A stretch of 64,000 bases of DNA from Hydrolagus colliei (lineage: Eukaryota), in NCBI GenBank assembly GCA_035084275.1, contig JAYJKW010000357.1, forward strand, positions 124,001 to 188,000, read 5' to 3'. The translations under genes and the position numbers were made by a program. The notes beneath the pieces are model-generated. The model was not told the origin of the DNA, did no database searches, and saw only the letters and a program-made list of their open reading frames with translations. This document shows positions 1 to 13,008 of the stretch, piece by piece. The first letter of the stretch is position 1, and each line of letters begins with the position of its first letter.

Positions 1-194
1 GCTGTAAGACAATGAAAAACAAACAACCATATTTAAGTCGGAGCGGTGGGAGCTGATGGCATTTGGCTCAAATAAGATTTAGAATTTGAAAAGATGAGCC
101 AGGCTGAGTGAAAGCGCCCTGGCGTCTGATTCAGAAGATTGGAACCCTTTGCACGACACGACATTAAACAGTCTAATCTGACCCAAAGTTTAAT

Positions 195-560
195 AATAAT
201 TCTATAATAATCCTTGCATTTGAGGTAGCGCTTTCCAGGTGTTATCGTCTGTGTCTCAAAGCGCTTCACAAAATGTACGCCAGACTGAATTGACTGTTGA
301 TTTGTGGGCGAAATGGGACAGGTAATTGCACACAGCAGCGTCCCCACATATCGTCGTGAATTGAAATGACCAATTATTATTATAGTTTTACTATTTTTGG
401 ACTGATATTATTAGGCGTGTCTGTGTATTTGTGTGTATGTGTGTGTGTCTGTGTGTGCGTGCGTGCGTGTGTGCGCTGGTGTGTGCGTGTGTGTGTGTGG
501 ACTTAAGAAACATGCCCAAGGATTCGCCTTGACCTGCTTGGATTCGACCACTGGTTGATT
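195..560 (-). mobile_element. tRNA-derived SINE, degenerate, interrupted by a (TG)n microsatellite at ~420-500
   Basis: Aligns by eye to the better copies at 955-1267 and 34940-35280 (aataatccttgcatttga...aaagcgcttcaca...gaaatgaccaatt...cccaagg...gacctgc). Confidence 0.7.
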
Positions 561-954
561 ATACTCGAAAGGCACTATTATCAAATGCAAAGGTTATTGT
601 TAGGTAGAATTGAATGGCATACGATTTGTACTGTGTGTGATACATCTATTGTCAAATGTTTGAGTGTTCAGATAGGATCATTCATCGGAATCTCCACCCA
701 TATTTATTTCAGTGAATATCAAATATCCCATGCTGTTAATGTCAAAAGACAACACCTCACACACAAACCGAACAGAATTAGCATAACAATAGGCCACGGA
801 TTTCCTTGGTTGAAAACCTCAACGAAACTCCACCGCATCTATCTCACCAAATTCGACGTTGAGTGTGAGAAACGAAAATTGTTGCTTTCCATGCGTTGAA
901 CAAAACAAACAGATTTACGGCAATTCAAATACACTATGTAATATTAATAAAACT

Positions 955-1267
955 AATCATTGCGTTTGATATTGCACTTTACACATCTTATCAACGTCCC
1001 AAAGCGCTTCACAGCATATACTGTAAAGTAAATTGACTGTATGTGTTTGTGGGCGAATCGAGGCAGCCAATTGCGCACAGCAGTGTTCCACACACAGGTG
1101 TGGATTGAAATGACCAATTTAATTGTTGTGTTTTTTTGGAGGGATTATTATTAGGCGTGTGGAATAAGCAAACTTGCCCAAGGTTTCGCCCTGACCTGCC
1201 TGGATTCGAATACAGGTCTCCCCAGCTTGCGTGATAAGTGCTCTAACCACTGAGACACAAGAGCTCC
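955..1267 (-). mobile_element. Full-length tRNA-derived SINE (family repeated throughout the window)
   Basis: Minus strand begins ggagctcttgtgtctcagtggttagagcac (A box) ... gtattcgaatcc (B box) and ends in a LINE2-like tail; more than 10 related copies in the window. Confidence 0.85.
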
Positions 1268-1988
1268 ACGTTTGATCAGAAACCAATAATTTCAAGAATC
1301 TGCTATCTCTTTTCTTATTGGTTTCCAAAGCTCTTCCAAACAAAATATAAATCTCATTCCAAGCACTTCCACATATTTCTCAATCCCAGTATTCACTGCG
1401 TCTCCACAATCGCAGTAATCGCCATGCTCCCGTCCAACATGTGATGGCACAGACCTATTCAATAGTCATCAAACTAGCCTACACACGTGTCTTGTAAATT
1501 ACACCTCTCTGATTCTCATGCTCCTCACAGACCTGGCTTTTCAAACCAGCAACTCGCTGCCCAGTAGCAAACGTCTCTCAACGCATTGATCACTCCCTCC
1601 CCCTATCGGCAGCCATTTTTATAACCAATATACGGTGGACATCTGGAGCCCTAACGCATCTTGACTCTCCTTTGAGCCGTTGTCAGATCGGATCTTAACA
1701 TATTCCACTTGGGCTGTTCCTGCACTCACTCAAATTCGTCAACTCAACACTGATTTTCTTTTCTATTCCAGTTCAATAATATTGACTCATCTCTGATTCA
1801 AACGGATGTGGATTTGATCACAACTTGGAGGCTCAGAAACAAATTGCCTGGGTTAACTGTCCAGTGAAGGAATGGAGTGTGTTGCTTTAGTTAGACGATT
1901 TCGTTTCCTACAATTGATAGCGTCAACGTGTTTAAGTGGACACTAACGAGTACACGGACACATTGGGAAAGAGAGGATTATTTCTACT

Positions 1989-2600
1989 AACAGAAAACAG
2001 TGAGAGGTGGGAAATATCAGCATGCCAGATAGAATCGAAGGAGAAAACACAGCGAGTCAACAGTTGGTGTGCACTCCCCTACCTCAGCACTGGGGTATGA
2101 TAAATATGATGTTTAAGGGCATGTTAGAGAGTGGGAGGAGGAACACGGAAGACGAAGTAGGAACATAATACGGAAATGGAAGGCAAAGGAGAAAATGTGT
2201 TGATTGATGGGTTAGGGTTAGAGAGGTAATAGCGGTGTGAAACTAGAACGGGTGTGCTGAAGCAACATTGGGACTGCATGTCTTATTAGCGATAGGCAGG
2301 CAGCATACCAGAGCGAAAAACAGTGTTTGGAGCGATGAATGTGATGCTATTTCAATATTCTAAATCTTCTGTAACAGAAAAAGGGAAAGTGGGGAAGGGG
2401 AACCGGAACCTTGTCTATCTGCTCGGGACCCTACAGCCCTCTGGCCTCAATATCGATCTCAGCCGCTTCAGACCATAACAGTTCTGATGAACGGACGTGG
2501 ACTCAAAAGACTGTCTCAATTTCCTTTCTCAATAGATGCTACTGAGTATTCCCAGCTCTCTATGTTTTAGTTTCAGTATTCCAGATTCTGTAGTATTTTA
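1989..2600. mobile_element. Penelope-like retroelement remnant (GIY-YIG C-terminus plus pseudo-LTR pieces in both orientations)
   Basis: 2401-2478 (+) translates NRNLVYLLGTLQPSGLNIDLSRFRP*, like the C-terminus of Penelope GIY-YIG proteins. It is followed by tctgatga and a pLTR-like tail; 1989-2093 resembles the same pLTR in reverse orientation. Confidence 0.6.
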
Positions 2601-4094
2601 TCTGTTGGAATATTTCTACTGTTATTTATATGCTTGATTTGCTTGCAAATATGTGTGATATAACACGACACATGTACGGACGATGCACACATATTTACCT
2701 GTTATCCCAAGTATGGCTAGAATGGGATAATAAACTAACATTGCCTGAAAAATCACTGGCAACCAGTGCAGAGGGTAATCGCCCAAAGCTCTCAACATTG
2801 TCGCTGAACAGCTTGTAGTCCGTCAGTGCCTTTAATAGCACATTAGACTGGCATTCAAAGCTGCCAGTCTTTATATCACAGAGATTACTCCACTGACAAT
2901 AGGTTGTGTTACGCAATGACCTTAAGCAACAACAGCGTTTAGTTTCTGGAACCAACCAGTGATACCTTGGGGGGGTTGGGGTGTGTGGTGGGTGGGGGCT
3001 CAACTGGAGCTCAGAGGGGATGAGGTAATGATTAAGCTGCCATGTTCAACAACACAAAGCTGGAATGAAATTATCCGTGTGTAGCGGTCAGGGTGTGCCG
3101 ATTTCTGAGTCATACAGCTAACAGTTTGGCGTCAGTTACTTAGCTGTTAGTTGAGATCAGGGTTTTGAAGTGGTGGCTGGGGAAAATGAACCGGCAAGAG
3201 TTTTCTTATCAGTGTCATGGGTTAGAGACTCGGTCAGTATATATTGCTTTCACTCATCTGTTGTGCATGAACGAATAATCTCAACTATGGTTTCAGTGAC
3301 CTGCACCTGTCTCTGGTGTGCCCCTTGTGTTGGTATATTGAAGTCGGGCGATTTCATACCCAGATACAGATTTTATACTCTCCAGAATCATTGTCACGCA
3401 GAATTCATGTTCCACATGTTGTCTGAATTGAAACTGAACTCAATAACAGACGGACCAAGAGATTGTTGTAATATTAGCAGCTTGTTCTTGTTTCTTCCTA
3501 TTTTGTCATTAAATGTCAGTTGAAAACCATCCTTGTTAAAAAAAACAGGCTAAATTGGCGTCGGTAACTTTGCTCGTGAGTTAAGATCAGAGTTTAGTGT
3601 TGCCAGCCAGGGACAGTGGCGAGCGATGAAGTGTACCGTCAGGTAATGGTTTGGAGACTCCGACAGGGTTGGAATTTGTTTGACAACCTTTTCCAACATT
3701 CCACACATACCAATGTTCTTACCGAGTATGAAACCAACATTGGACGGAACAGTGACAGACAGGCCCACTGTGGGGGCTTCAAGTGTTGTCAGAACAATGC
3801 AATGTGTCAGAATGATGAATCTTACATTTCTCACAACTCTTTTAATAATGGGATGGGTCTCAATCTTCATCGTATTGTAGAGTGTCTGTTTATTGTGCTA
3901 GGCTACAGCAGTGTGCTGTCGTGTGGAGACGTACAGGTTAGGGTTTAGAGCACTTGCCTTAGAAGCGCTTGATCAGGGTTTGGTGACAGGCACGGAGAAA
4001 CGTTGGACTAGTTTCTTTACAGCACATGCCAGGTAATAATACCTTCAACCAATCAACAATAGTAAATTGACTAATTCAAATTCAGCGGATTATC

Positions 4095-4320
4095 GCCTGC
4101 TCCAAGTCCCCTGCCCAAAAGCTTCCTCTTCGACCGTGCCTCCTGCTGCCCTCCTCATTCACCCACCTTTCCTACTCTCCTCCCACCCCACCCTTACCCG
4201 TAATTCAACCACCCGCGACAACTACTCTCCTACGTCTGTGTCCTGACCTGACTATTGAGCATATTGGGACGTCCTCCCGACGTGAAAGCGCTCTATCAAT
4301 GTAAATGTTTTTGTTGTTGT
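4095..4320 (+). mobile_element. L2-clade LINE 3' end
   Basis: Ends in gggacgtcctcccgacgtgaaagcgctctatcaatgtaaatg(ttg)n, the tail shared with the other L2 copies. Confidence 0.65.
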
Positions 4321-5769
4321 TTATCTATCCACCACTGTTTTGTGGACAAGGATGTGCACAACTGCCGGCCGCCTTTGCCCAAATATATGTGTTCAGTTTA
4401 CAATATACTCTGCTTGGAAGAATATTCCGTGAAGCGATATGAGACGTCTAGAAGATGGAAAGAGCGCTACCTCGATTGCAAGGATAATTACTATTATCAT
4501 CATATCATTAATATATGTTAATAAAGGATTGACAAAAATATCATTGTAGGCACACAAAAAGATCCTTTCTTCTGTATTGGGTGATGATGGCAGGAGGTTG
4601 GCGCCGATACCGTGAGACATTAACTGCTGAGTTTTGCTGTCCACTGTGATGTTTCACAGAAGCACAGGGTATCTGCCCTCCACCCAGTGAGGGATGAACA
4701 TGCTTAGTTATTATTCCCTGAACAACGTTTGAGTTTTCCCTGTGATCAAGCGTGTCCGGGGCCTCTTTCAAGTTTACCTACTTGCAGTGTTGCGCTTGAA
4801 AGGTAACACAATGACAGAATGGTTTCCACTCTGTGCTGGAGGTGGATATCCAGTTCCTCAGCCTGGGAGGCTAACGGTTCTAAAGGACACAGCTGACATC
4901 ACACTGAAAGATCAGCACACCAGTCACCGGTGATAGAACTGCTTCCTATATTTTGATTCCTATTAACTGAACGACAGATAATCTTTACGTGTCGGATTTT
5001 GCTACAACGGCTGTCAGGTGGAAGCTTGGCAAATGCTGCTCTTAATAGTAAACATTGCAGCTTGTAACAAGAATAATCCTTGCAGTTGGTTTAGCACTTG
5101 CATCACCATATCTCAAAGTGCTAAAAATGCTGTAACGTTAATTGCCTCTAAAGTTGTGGGTGAAACGCAAAAGGTAATTTCGTTCAGAATTGTCGCTCAA
5201 AACAGTCATGTATTGAAGCGACCAATTTTACTATTGTGTTTTTGTTAGGGATTATTATTAGGCATGTGAGGTAAGTAAATGATCCCAAGGCTTTGCCCTG
5301 ACCTGCCCTACCTACCTAATCTGTGTTAGGCTATCTGAATGAAGTAAATGTTATGTAGGAAATGCAGCAGTTAATTTGTACCAACCATGTTTTGCAAAAT
5401 TGGTGCCCGTATCTTCATTCCACACGTGGAAAACGTTTTTATTAATTCAAATTTTTATACGAGTTTCTGATACGAAGTAAACAACTTTAAAACAAATCAT
5501 TTATTTTCTTTAACAGCCGATTTGCAGTAGTTCTGTTTTTGCTGTTTCAATTAATGGTAAAGGATGTTGGTGTTAAAGAATTAAGCACAATTTTACAATT
5601 GAGCTCTGGTATTTGTACCAAGCTGTTCCATTTCCAAGAAACAACAAGATGCCTCCATGGTTTTCAAGTGCTCCACCTGAAGCATAACTTCCAGAGAGTA
5701 TCCTCAGTACGAAGCTTTCATTTCAGTGAAGAATTATGACTTTTGTTCACTTTCTATTCCCTTTATCAG

Positions 5770-6000
5770 AGTTCTGTAGCTCAGCTGCTAGAGCACTAAC
5801 TTTACAATTATGCGACCTGTCTTCAAGTTCAGGAAGGGCGAAACCTTGGGCAAGTTTCCTTACGCCACACGACTAATAATAATCCCTCAAAATTGGACAT
5901 TTCAATCAATGACTGTGTGGGACACTGGTGTAGTTTTGTGAAGCACTTTCAGAAGACGTGCAAAGCGCTATATCAAATGCAAGAATTATTATTATTTTTC
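5770..6000 (+). mobile_element. SINE copy with an internal deletion
   Basis: tgtagctcagctgctagagcact head, gggcgaaaccttgggcaagtt core, aaagcgctatatcaaatgcaagaattattatt tail. Confidence 0.65.
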
Positions 6001-9000
6001 CTATGTGCAGCAATTATATTTGCTGCATATTTTCTCGTTGCAAATATTTCTAGGCTACACCTTCTGTCCTAGACTAAAAAGGGTGCTGAACTAAACTTGA
6101 CCACTACGAGGTGATTAAATGTTCCTTCTCCTTTAAATTCTAAACAGTTAAATAGTCTCAACTCAGCTACAGTCCGTCAGACATATTAACCCAAAGCTGT
6201 GTGAAACTGTAGGGTTGAAATTTCACCCGTTATTACGCATATCGTATGTTGGAAGTAGGTGACATTTTATGAATACAACGCAGAACATGTGTGCTCCTTC
6301 CTGAGTAAAAGGCACAGTTATTCCAACCATTTTCATGTGGGAATAATACTTCTGTTAAGCACCGATGAATGCATTGTATTGTAGAATGTTCCCTTACTGG
6401 TTGTTTATTGTAAAAGAAAATGTACTGTAACAGATTCTACTCATTCTTGTTGACTTGTATGTACACTGATTGTTCAGAGCAATATATGAGTAGCTTCACT
6501 TGTTTTAACGAAATATTCTTTATTTTGGATTTTGGGGAGATATGGTTATGGCCTTACGATTCTGAGGAGAAAATATCTTGTTTTATCTTGTAATTAACTG
6601 TAGAACCAGAAGACTGGTCCTACGATTGAAGCGGAGTGTAGCCACAGAACACATCTGCGAAGCAATACTTCAGTGAATAATATATTCATGGAACAGGTTC
6701 CATATGGAAACAGGTTGCTTCAAGAACAATTTAGATTTCTGCTGGAAAATAATATTTTGGGATACAGTATAAAGTTTGGGACTGACTGGATGGTTAATGG
6801 CGTACTAAACGTATCCTAATTGTCTTTTGCCAAGCAAACGTTTATGTTATATTTTTATATAATTTGATGTAGCTATGTAAATAGTAACCTTAACAATCAC
6901 GTAATCAACATTAATGGAGTTCACCTTTTTGCTTAATTAAAAATAGTGTGCAATTCAAAAGAGAAAAACCTTGGTATCCTCTGCATTTAAGAACATTGTC
7001 AAGTAGACAAGCTTATTTATTTGAGTTATTCTTTCTTTCAGCCTTGTTTTCAGCTCAGTACAAGACTGTTTCTTTTATTTTCCTGATCAGAGACAGATGC
7101 ATTGGGACCAGTTCGAAATGGGGGAAGAAAGTTACTCAGTTTCTGACAAGTTATCAGAAGTGTTTTGTTGCGTGTGGCAGGAAAAGTGTACTCGACATGG
7201 TTTAGAGAACGTGGCACAACAGGTGTTCCGATGAATATGGAATGCTTTTGCTTGGAACTGTGATCCAATGCTGAATCTAAGTGATATGAATTTGGATCAC
7301 CCCAGATTTGTGTGGTCTGATCCAGCACCAATCATAAAATAAAAATTAGCTTTGAAAACAGAGATTTCCCTGTAGCTATTTTTACATATTTATTATCCAT
7401 TAGCAATGTATCTTTTGCCTGCATGTTAGGTAATATCAATAGCTGTCTTAAACTTTGAAACCTTTGTTTTTAAAAAATCTTGAAATGTCTGCATGCCATT
7501 TGTATTGGCGTTTTAATAGAGGTAATTTAGAATGCGTGATAACATATTAAACGAGGGAGGAATTATTTATGTTTGACTGCAATTAAGTTAAGTGCAGGTA
7601 CACAATCAAACATGATTTATTTATGTTACATGAGTATTTAAGTTTGTTCATGAAACTTTTCTCTCATTTCCTTGAGGAATAAGTAACCAACATATGAAAC
7701 CACATCCCTTTGAAGAATATTTTAAATTTGGCTTGAAATGATCTATGTTGTGTATTGCTGCTTTCTTTTTCTTTCTTTCCTGTTTCAGTAAATCATGCAA
7801 AATTTGCATTTTTATCGTCCTTTCCTCAGAGGGCAATTAACAACTTGAACAGATTGCCTGGAAGGTGGGTAGAGGCAAGGACACTATACTCATTTTTTTA
7901 AAACAAATGCTGTTCAAAAAGAGAATATAGTTTATTCTCCTATCTAATATCTGGAATCTTGGTCAACTGTCCTCCAGATAAAATTAGTCATTCACTTCAT
8001 GGCTGTTTGTCAGACATTGATGTGCACAAATTGGTAAAGGCTGCTGATTGTTTTAGGCTTCCTTACTATTCCTTCAGGAAGACTGCTTACAGTATGCAAA
8101 ATTGCACAACTTCTATACTCGCAGTAATTATTTTTGTTTGTCTCAGCTCTCCGTTGCCCCGTCAAATATTCCGAAAGTTATCAAGTTCAAAGAGCATTAT
8201 CTTGTGCTATTTCTTCTCGTCTTATCCGTTGCCTTTCATCCTATTTTAAACGTTTTGAAAGTAGAAGAGGTTTGGAGTGATCTATGTAGGTTATGATCTA
8301 TGTAGGGTAATATGCATTTAATTAAAAAAATGATTTAATCATTTACATAGTCAAATAAATATGCAAACAGTTGACTTCAGCCGATAGTGGTCTATAGCTG
8401 TTTAAATTTAGGAAAGGTTCAGGGGAAAATTATCAATCGTACATCGACGGCATGCTTGAGTTTCGAAAAATGAAATAAACAAATAGGCCACAAGAATAGA
8501 GAAATAGTGCTGTATAACAGCTTGATATCTAATATAGAAATGTAGTTCAGATTATCAGGCAAGACATTTCAATTGCTTTCCAGAGTTACTCTAGTATTGT
8601 CCAACACAAGTTTTATTGCTGATTTAGTCAATCTGTTTTACAAATCGTAACTTTCAGTTCTTTTTCTTGCAGAATGAACAGTAGATTTGTATTTTACAGC
8701 AAAGCAATATTGTTACACAACAAAAGTTATAGTAGAAAAGAAAATAGTACTATCGCTGTCAGTAAGGTGAAAACATTGCAAAGAAAAATGATTTTCAGCC
8801 TCATACGTTCTGTGCTGTAACTGGAAACCAAAATTATATAATGATTATACTAATAAATCTTTATTCGCCCCGTAACAAGCTACTGTAATTGGGGGAGAGG
8901 AGAGAAATGTAACTAAATGCAACAGAGTCCAGAATGCAAAATATATTTTCTGACAAGAATAACAAGAAACGTTTAAGATGTGCAGCATCAGGAAAAAAAT

Positions 9001-10076
9001 AACATAATGGTGAAATCTTTTCCAAGATATAAACCAGAGGTTTGATTGAAGTGTTCAATTCAGAAAGAATCTACATAAACTATTATTTTAGTGAGTGAGT
9101 AGCAAACCTGTGAAACTTGTTCCCTCGTTTGATGGTTGAAGCCGGAATTGTGGAGTCCTGTAGACGCAGTTTAACACGGGTTTACTTTTAGGAAATAAAA
9201 TGGAATGTAGAACACCAGGAACATTGAAGGCGAACTGGGTGGACCTCGTTGATTTGATAATCTGTTGTGTAACTTTCATTTCCATCTGTGGATAATTTTT
9301 GAGTGGCAAATAATGCAGAAAGGTAAACTTTCCAATGAAAATGTGACGGATCACTTTTGGAATCGGATAAAATAGCGTTTTAAATTTTGGTGCTTTGCAA
9401 TGTACAGTATAGAAGTGAAATCTCGTAGAGAGGGGTAGTTTCATCTCTCCAACAAGAAACTATCCTGGCGTTTGAGTTTATGTCTCTCGAAGATGTAATT
9501 GTGGAAGTTAAAAATTACATTCCTGATTTAAGCAGGTTTGAACAAAACTACAGTTTGCTTTAACTAACTTTGAACCAAGGTTTGCTGTTTTATGTTTGCA
9601 ACTGATACTTTCTTTAAATAATAAAATCAAATAATAAAATATATAGAATTTAATACGTAATAATTCTTGCATTTGTTATAGGGTTTTTATGTTGGCTAGA
9701 GAATTGACTGTTTGTGGGTGAAACACTCACAAAATTGTGTGTTTTATATTACCTTAGTAGTGTCTCCTTTTACAGACATTTGGTCAACTTGAAAGCGGGA
9801 ACAATCTAAACGTAACATTTATTATCCGATTTGCTTGTAAACTTTCTGAGAGGTTAACTTTTAAGTGATCTTTAAAAAGTTTTCAAAAAAACGTAACGCT
9901 TGTGGAAAGTTTCATTAGCATTGCAATGTTGCTGCAATTTCATACATGGAGAATCTTTATACATTCTTCATTAAATCATTACAGTAGTGTTGCACATTTA
10001 TGGTTTGATTACATCGGATTACGTTTTGTCACCAATGCAGATTATTTGGATACCTGCCATTGCTCTTGTGGCCATT

Positions 10077-11306
10077 TTATTTTGCCATACTGGCACAGGC
10101 ATTATGCTTGTTTTGCTGTAAATGTTTCCAGGACTTGATTAGCTCACTGGGCTGGGAATGATGGGAGGTAATTAGTTGGCTATATTTACAGCTGGAGTAA
10201 GGAACTCCGTAGGGATTGAAGAGAAACTCATTGGGTGGTGGCACAGGGTCAATTCTCAGTTTGGCAAGACAGATTCCCACATAGACATCTTCTAAATGCA
10301 AGCGTCTGATGCTCAAAGAGGCATGGAAAATTTTTCGAGCTAAATCAGCAGAGAAAACGTAACCAGTTCCTGAACAGTACACTGGATAGCGTTCACCAGG
10401 ATAGAGTTCCGGAGGCATGTACCATTTGCTGTCCTTGTTGCGAAATGGGGAAGCGCCTCTCACTATGTAGCCAGTGAAATATTCTTGACGTGGAGGCTGC
10501 TCGGGTTTTAATAGTTCGCTTATTAAATATTCAATGTTCACAAACATGTCACTATCTGTCTTCATAACATATGAGGCGTGAGGGCAGTACATTCCAACCC
10601 AGTTCATGCCCATGAGCGTTTTAATTGTTAGATTATTATACGTATCCAGAAAATCCTGTTGAATAATGTCACGATATTGTCTGCTTTCATCCAACAAGGC
10701 TTGTTGGAACTTGTCATTATCCATTCTGACACCCAGAAGAAAGAGATGCAAAATGCGTAATCCGTCAGCATTGCTTTCATTTCCCCAGGTTTGTCTAATG
10801 GCAAGTCGTGCTTCGGTTTGGCCAGGTTCAGCTGTAATCAGTAGAATTAAAAATGGACTTTGTCCCTTGCATTTGTTTGGTTCATTGATCATATATTTGT
10901 ATTGATCGACGCTAATGTAACCTGTTCTTTTTTCATTATATATAGTTCCATTGGCATTCAATGCATCTCCCAATCCAGTCACGTCTGGAGTAGAAAAGAC
11001 ACTGCTGGAGTGAATAGCAGAAAGAGCCTTGGATACTTGAGCATTCTCTGTCCAAGTATTTCTCATATTGCTGTGGTTCTTGTTACTGTTTGGAGCTGTG
11101 AGCCACCTCATTGTGTGGGAAACCGAATTGGCAGTGTTTCTTGACCAAGAGTTGATAGTAACCCAGTCATACTGGCTAAATAACGGAAACAATGCAAACA
11201 AAAACACAACACAGATTACTGCAATTATATAATTTTGTACTATTGACCGTTTCACATGCCAGTTCATCTTCAGCAGACAACAGTGGCGTGTTATCCACTG
11301 AAGCAT
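10077..11306 (-). CDS. B3GALT2: Beta-1,3-galactosyltransferase 2-like (GT31), single coding exon, 409 aa
   Basis: Starts MLQWITRHCC (vertebrate B3GALT2 starts MLQWRRRHCC). Type II TM anchor and GT31 motifs AIRQTWG, DTYNNLTIKTLMGMNW, KTDSDMF (DxD), CSGTGY and EDVYVG; intact ORF. Confidence 0.93.
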   Translation of the reverse strand: MLQWITRHCCLLKMNWHVKRSIVQNYIIAVICVVFLFALFPLFSQYDWVTINSWSRNTANSVSHTMRWLTAPNSNKNHSNMRNTWTENAQVSKALSAIHSSSVFSTPDVTGLGDALNANGTIYNEKRTGYISVDQYKYMINEPNKCKGQSPFLILLITAEPGQTEARLAIRQTWGNESNADGLRILHLFLLGVRMDNDKFQQALLDESRQYRDIIQQDFLDTYNNLTIKTLMGMNWVGMYCPHASYVMKTDSDMFVNIEYLISELLKPEQPPRQEYFTGYIVRGASPFRNKDSKWYMPPELYPGERYPVYCSGTGYVFSADLARKIFHASLSIRRLHLEDVYVGICLAKLRIDPVPPPNEFLFNPYGVPYSSCKYSQLITSHHSQPSELIKSWKHLQQNKHNACASMAK

Positions 11307-12494
11307 GTTGCAGCTGGGCTGTTTGTAATATCTAATACTCTTGTATTTGTTGCCTTAATTCACGTTGCTTCTTTTTTTGCACACTATTTCACTTTGTTTC
11401 TCACTGCATTTTGTGCTATGCTTCCTCACAAATTCAAGCCACCGGAAATGATTATTGATCTATTGCAGAGCCTTTCTGTTTCATCAACTCAGCCTTGGAG
11501 ACGACGCATCCATTTTTGTGTAGAATTGTGGGATGGAAGAGTCACCTGTTCCAGTAGCATATTCAGGCAATTCTTTCTTGCTTGGCACTTAATTTCCGAA
11601 TATCCTTAGGCTACACGTTTTATCTCACTTGCAGGGAAAGTGCAAAAAAAATCAATAATTACTACAGTTTTATGATTAAAGTGCAGATCTTTCTTGGAAA
11701 CCAAAGAATTCAAATATAAACGCTTCTTGCAAATGCAGTGGAATACAGTGGAAGCCGCTTCAGCTAGATGCTGGTTAACCATGGACACCGGGCAAATCGG
11801 AAAAAATATCGGGTCTGATTCATTTGTATTCTTACTAGTTTTAAATAAGCGCGTACATTTGTGTTCCTCTCTATTTGCTAACATGAAATCTTTTCATTTC
11901 AGTTTAGTGTTTTACGTTATAGATTATTAACACAAACACACGGCTAAAAATGATGAAGATGAAAGCAGAATTCAATTCACTTCAATTGATAGGTTTGTAC
12001 GTCAATCATTTTATGAGGAATCAATTGAATGATCAACTATTTCAAATTATTGCTACGATTTCACTTCATGTTCTCTTTCTCTAATCGCCAGCATGATCTC
12101 AAGCAGATTTTCAATTTGCTATTGATATGATTGAAATTGGTCATTGTAAAGTGGTATATCGGTTACTCAAATGTTCTCCTTTAATATTCATAGTATTCAG
12201 GATGTGTTATCATTAGTTTATTTTAAAATTGAATATGCATATTTAGGTATTATTTTTAAAAGCACCATGCTGGTTTGCTATTCAATTGGACGTACAGTAT
12301 TCCTCTGAAATAAACGCTATTTGAATAGATGCAGAGCACCTCATTTATCTGTATGGGCTCTACTTATAGGTTTCTCAGTTACCTTTAATTGAAACGAAGA
12401 CAGCGGGTGCTGGTTTGAGGAGAGGGGCAGCTGGAGAGGTAGCAGATACAGAGGAGAGCATGGCTTTGAAAACAAGGCTGCTCAAAGTACCAAA

Positions 12495-12797
12495 CGAGCT
12501 CAGTGGTTAGCGCACTCACCTTTCAAGCGTGAGTCGTTTTTTCGAATCCAGGGAGGTCAGCGTGAAATCTTGGGCAAGTTTTCTTTCTCCACATGCCTAA
12601 TAATTACCCTTCCAAATAAACAGCATAATAATAAAATTGGTTAAGTAAATTTCTACGATTATGTTTGAAATTTTTTGACACATTTTCGCCCATAGATATA
12701 CAGTCAATTCAATTTACAGTACATCCTGTGAAGTGCTTTCAGTCGTCTAGCTGACGCATAAAGCGCTATACCGAATTCATGGATTAGTATTATTATT
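12495..12797 (+). mobile_element. tRNA-derived SINE
   Basis: gctcagtggttagcgcact head, ttcgaatcc B box, tail aaagcgctata...ggattagtattattatt. Confidence 0.75.
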
Positions 12798-12941
12798 AAT
12801 TGTGGTATAGATGCGAAAGGATACAATGATCACCGATTACAGCTATGTAGTCATTTTACTTTACAGAGCATTGAGACGTATAGAATACATAAAAATCACT
12901 TGGTCCAAACGCAATAATTGTCACTCTGTTTAAAAACGAAG

Positions 12942-13008
12942 TCCCTGATGGTGGTTAGGATTCAGCGCTTTTAACGCTGTGACCCGGATTCGATTTCAGG
13001 TCAGGGAA
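12942..13008 (+). pseudogene. tRNA-Glu-derived pseudogene (anticodon now TTT)
   Basis: TCCCTG...GTGGTTAGGATTC...TCAGGGAA matches the tRNA-Glu body. 5-nt deletion in the D-stem 5' strand; loop reads CTTTTAA. Confidence 0.8.

Noticed and set aside
95-160. ggcgtctgattcagaagattg resembling the tRNA-Arg anticodon arm
   Set aside because: Only a ~20-nt match with no acceptor or T arm.
955-1267. SINE heads as additional tRNA genes
   Set aside because: They have A and B boxes but no cloverleaf, and are always attached to the same SINE body.
4600-4933. LCAGGGYPVPQ resembling a B7-type IgC motif
   Set aside because: A single short motif with no supporting Trp, second Cys or splice sites.
5300-12400. 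CDC73 exons on the + strand around B3GALT2
   Set aside because: No peptide matching parafibromin was recognised by eye; absence is not proven without a search.
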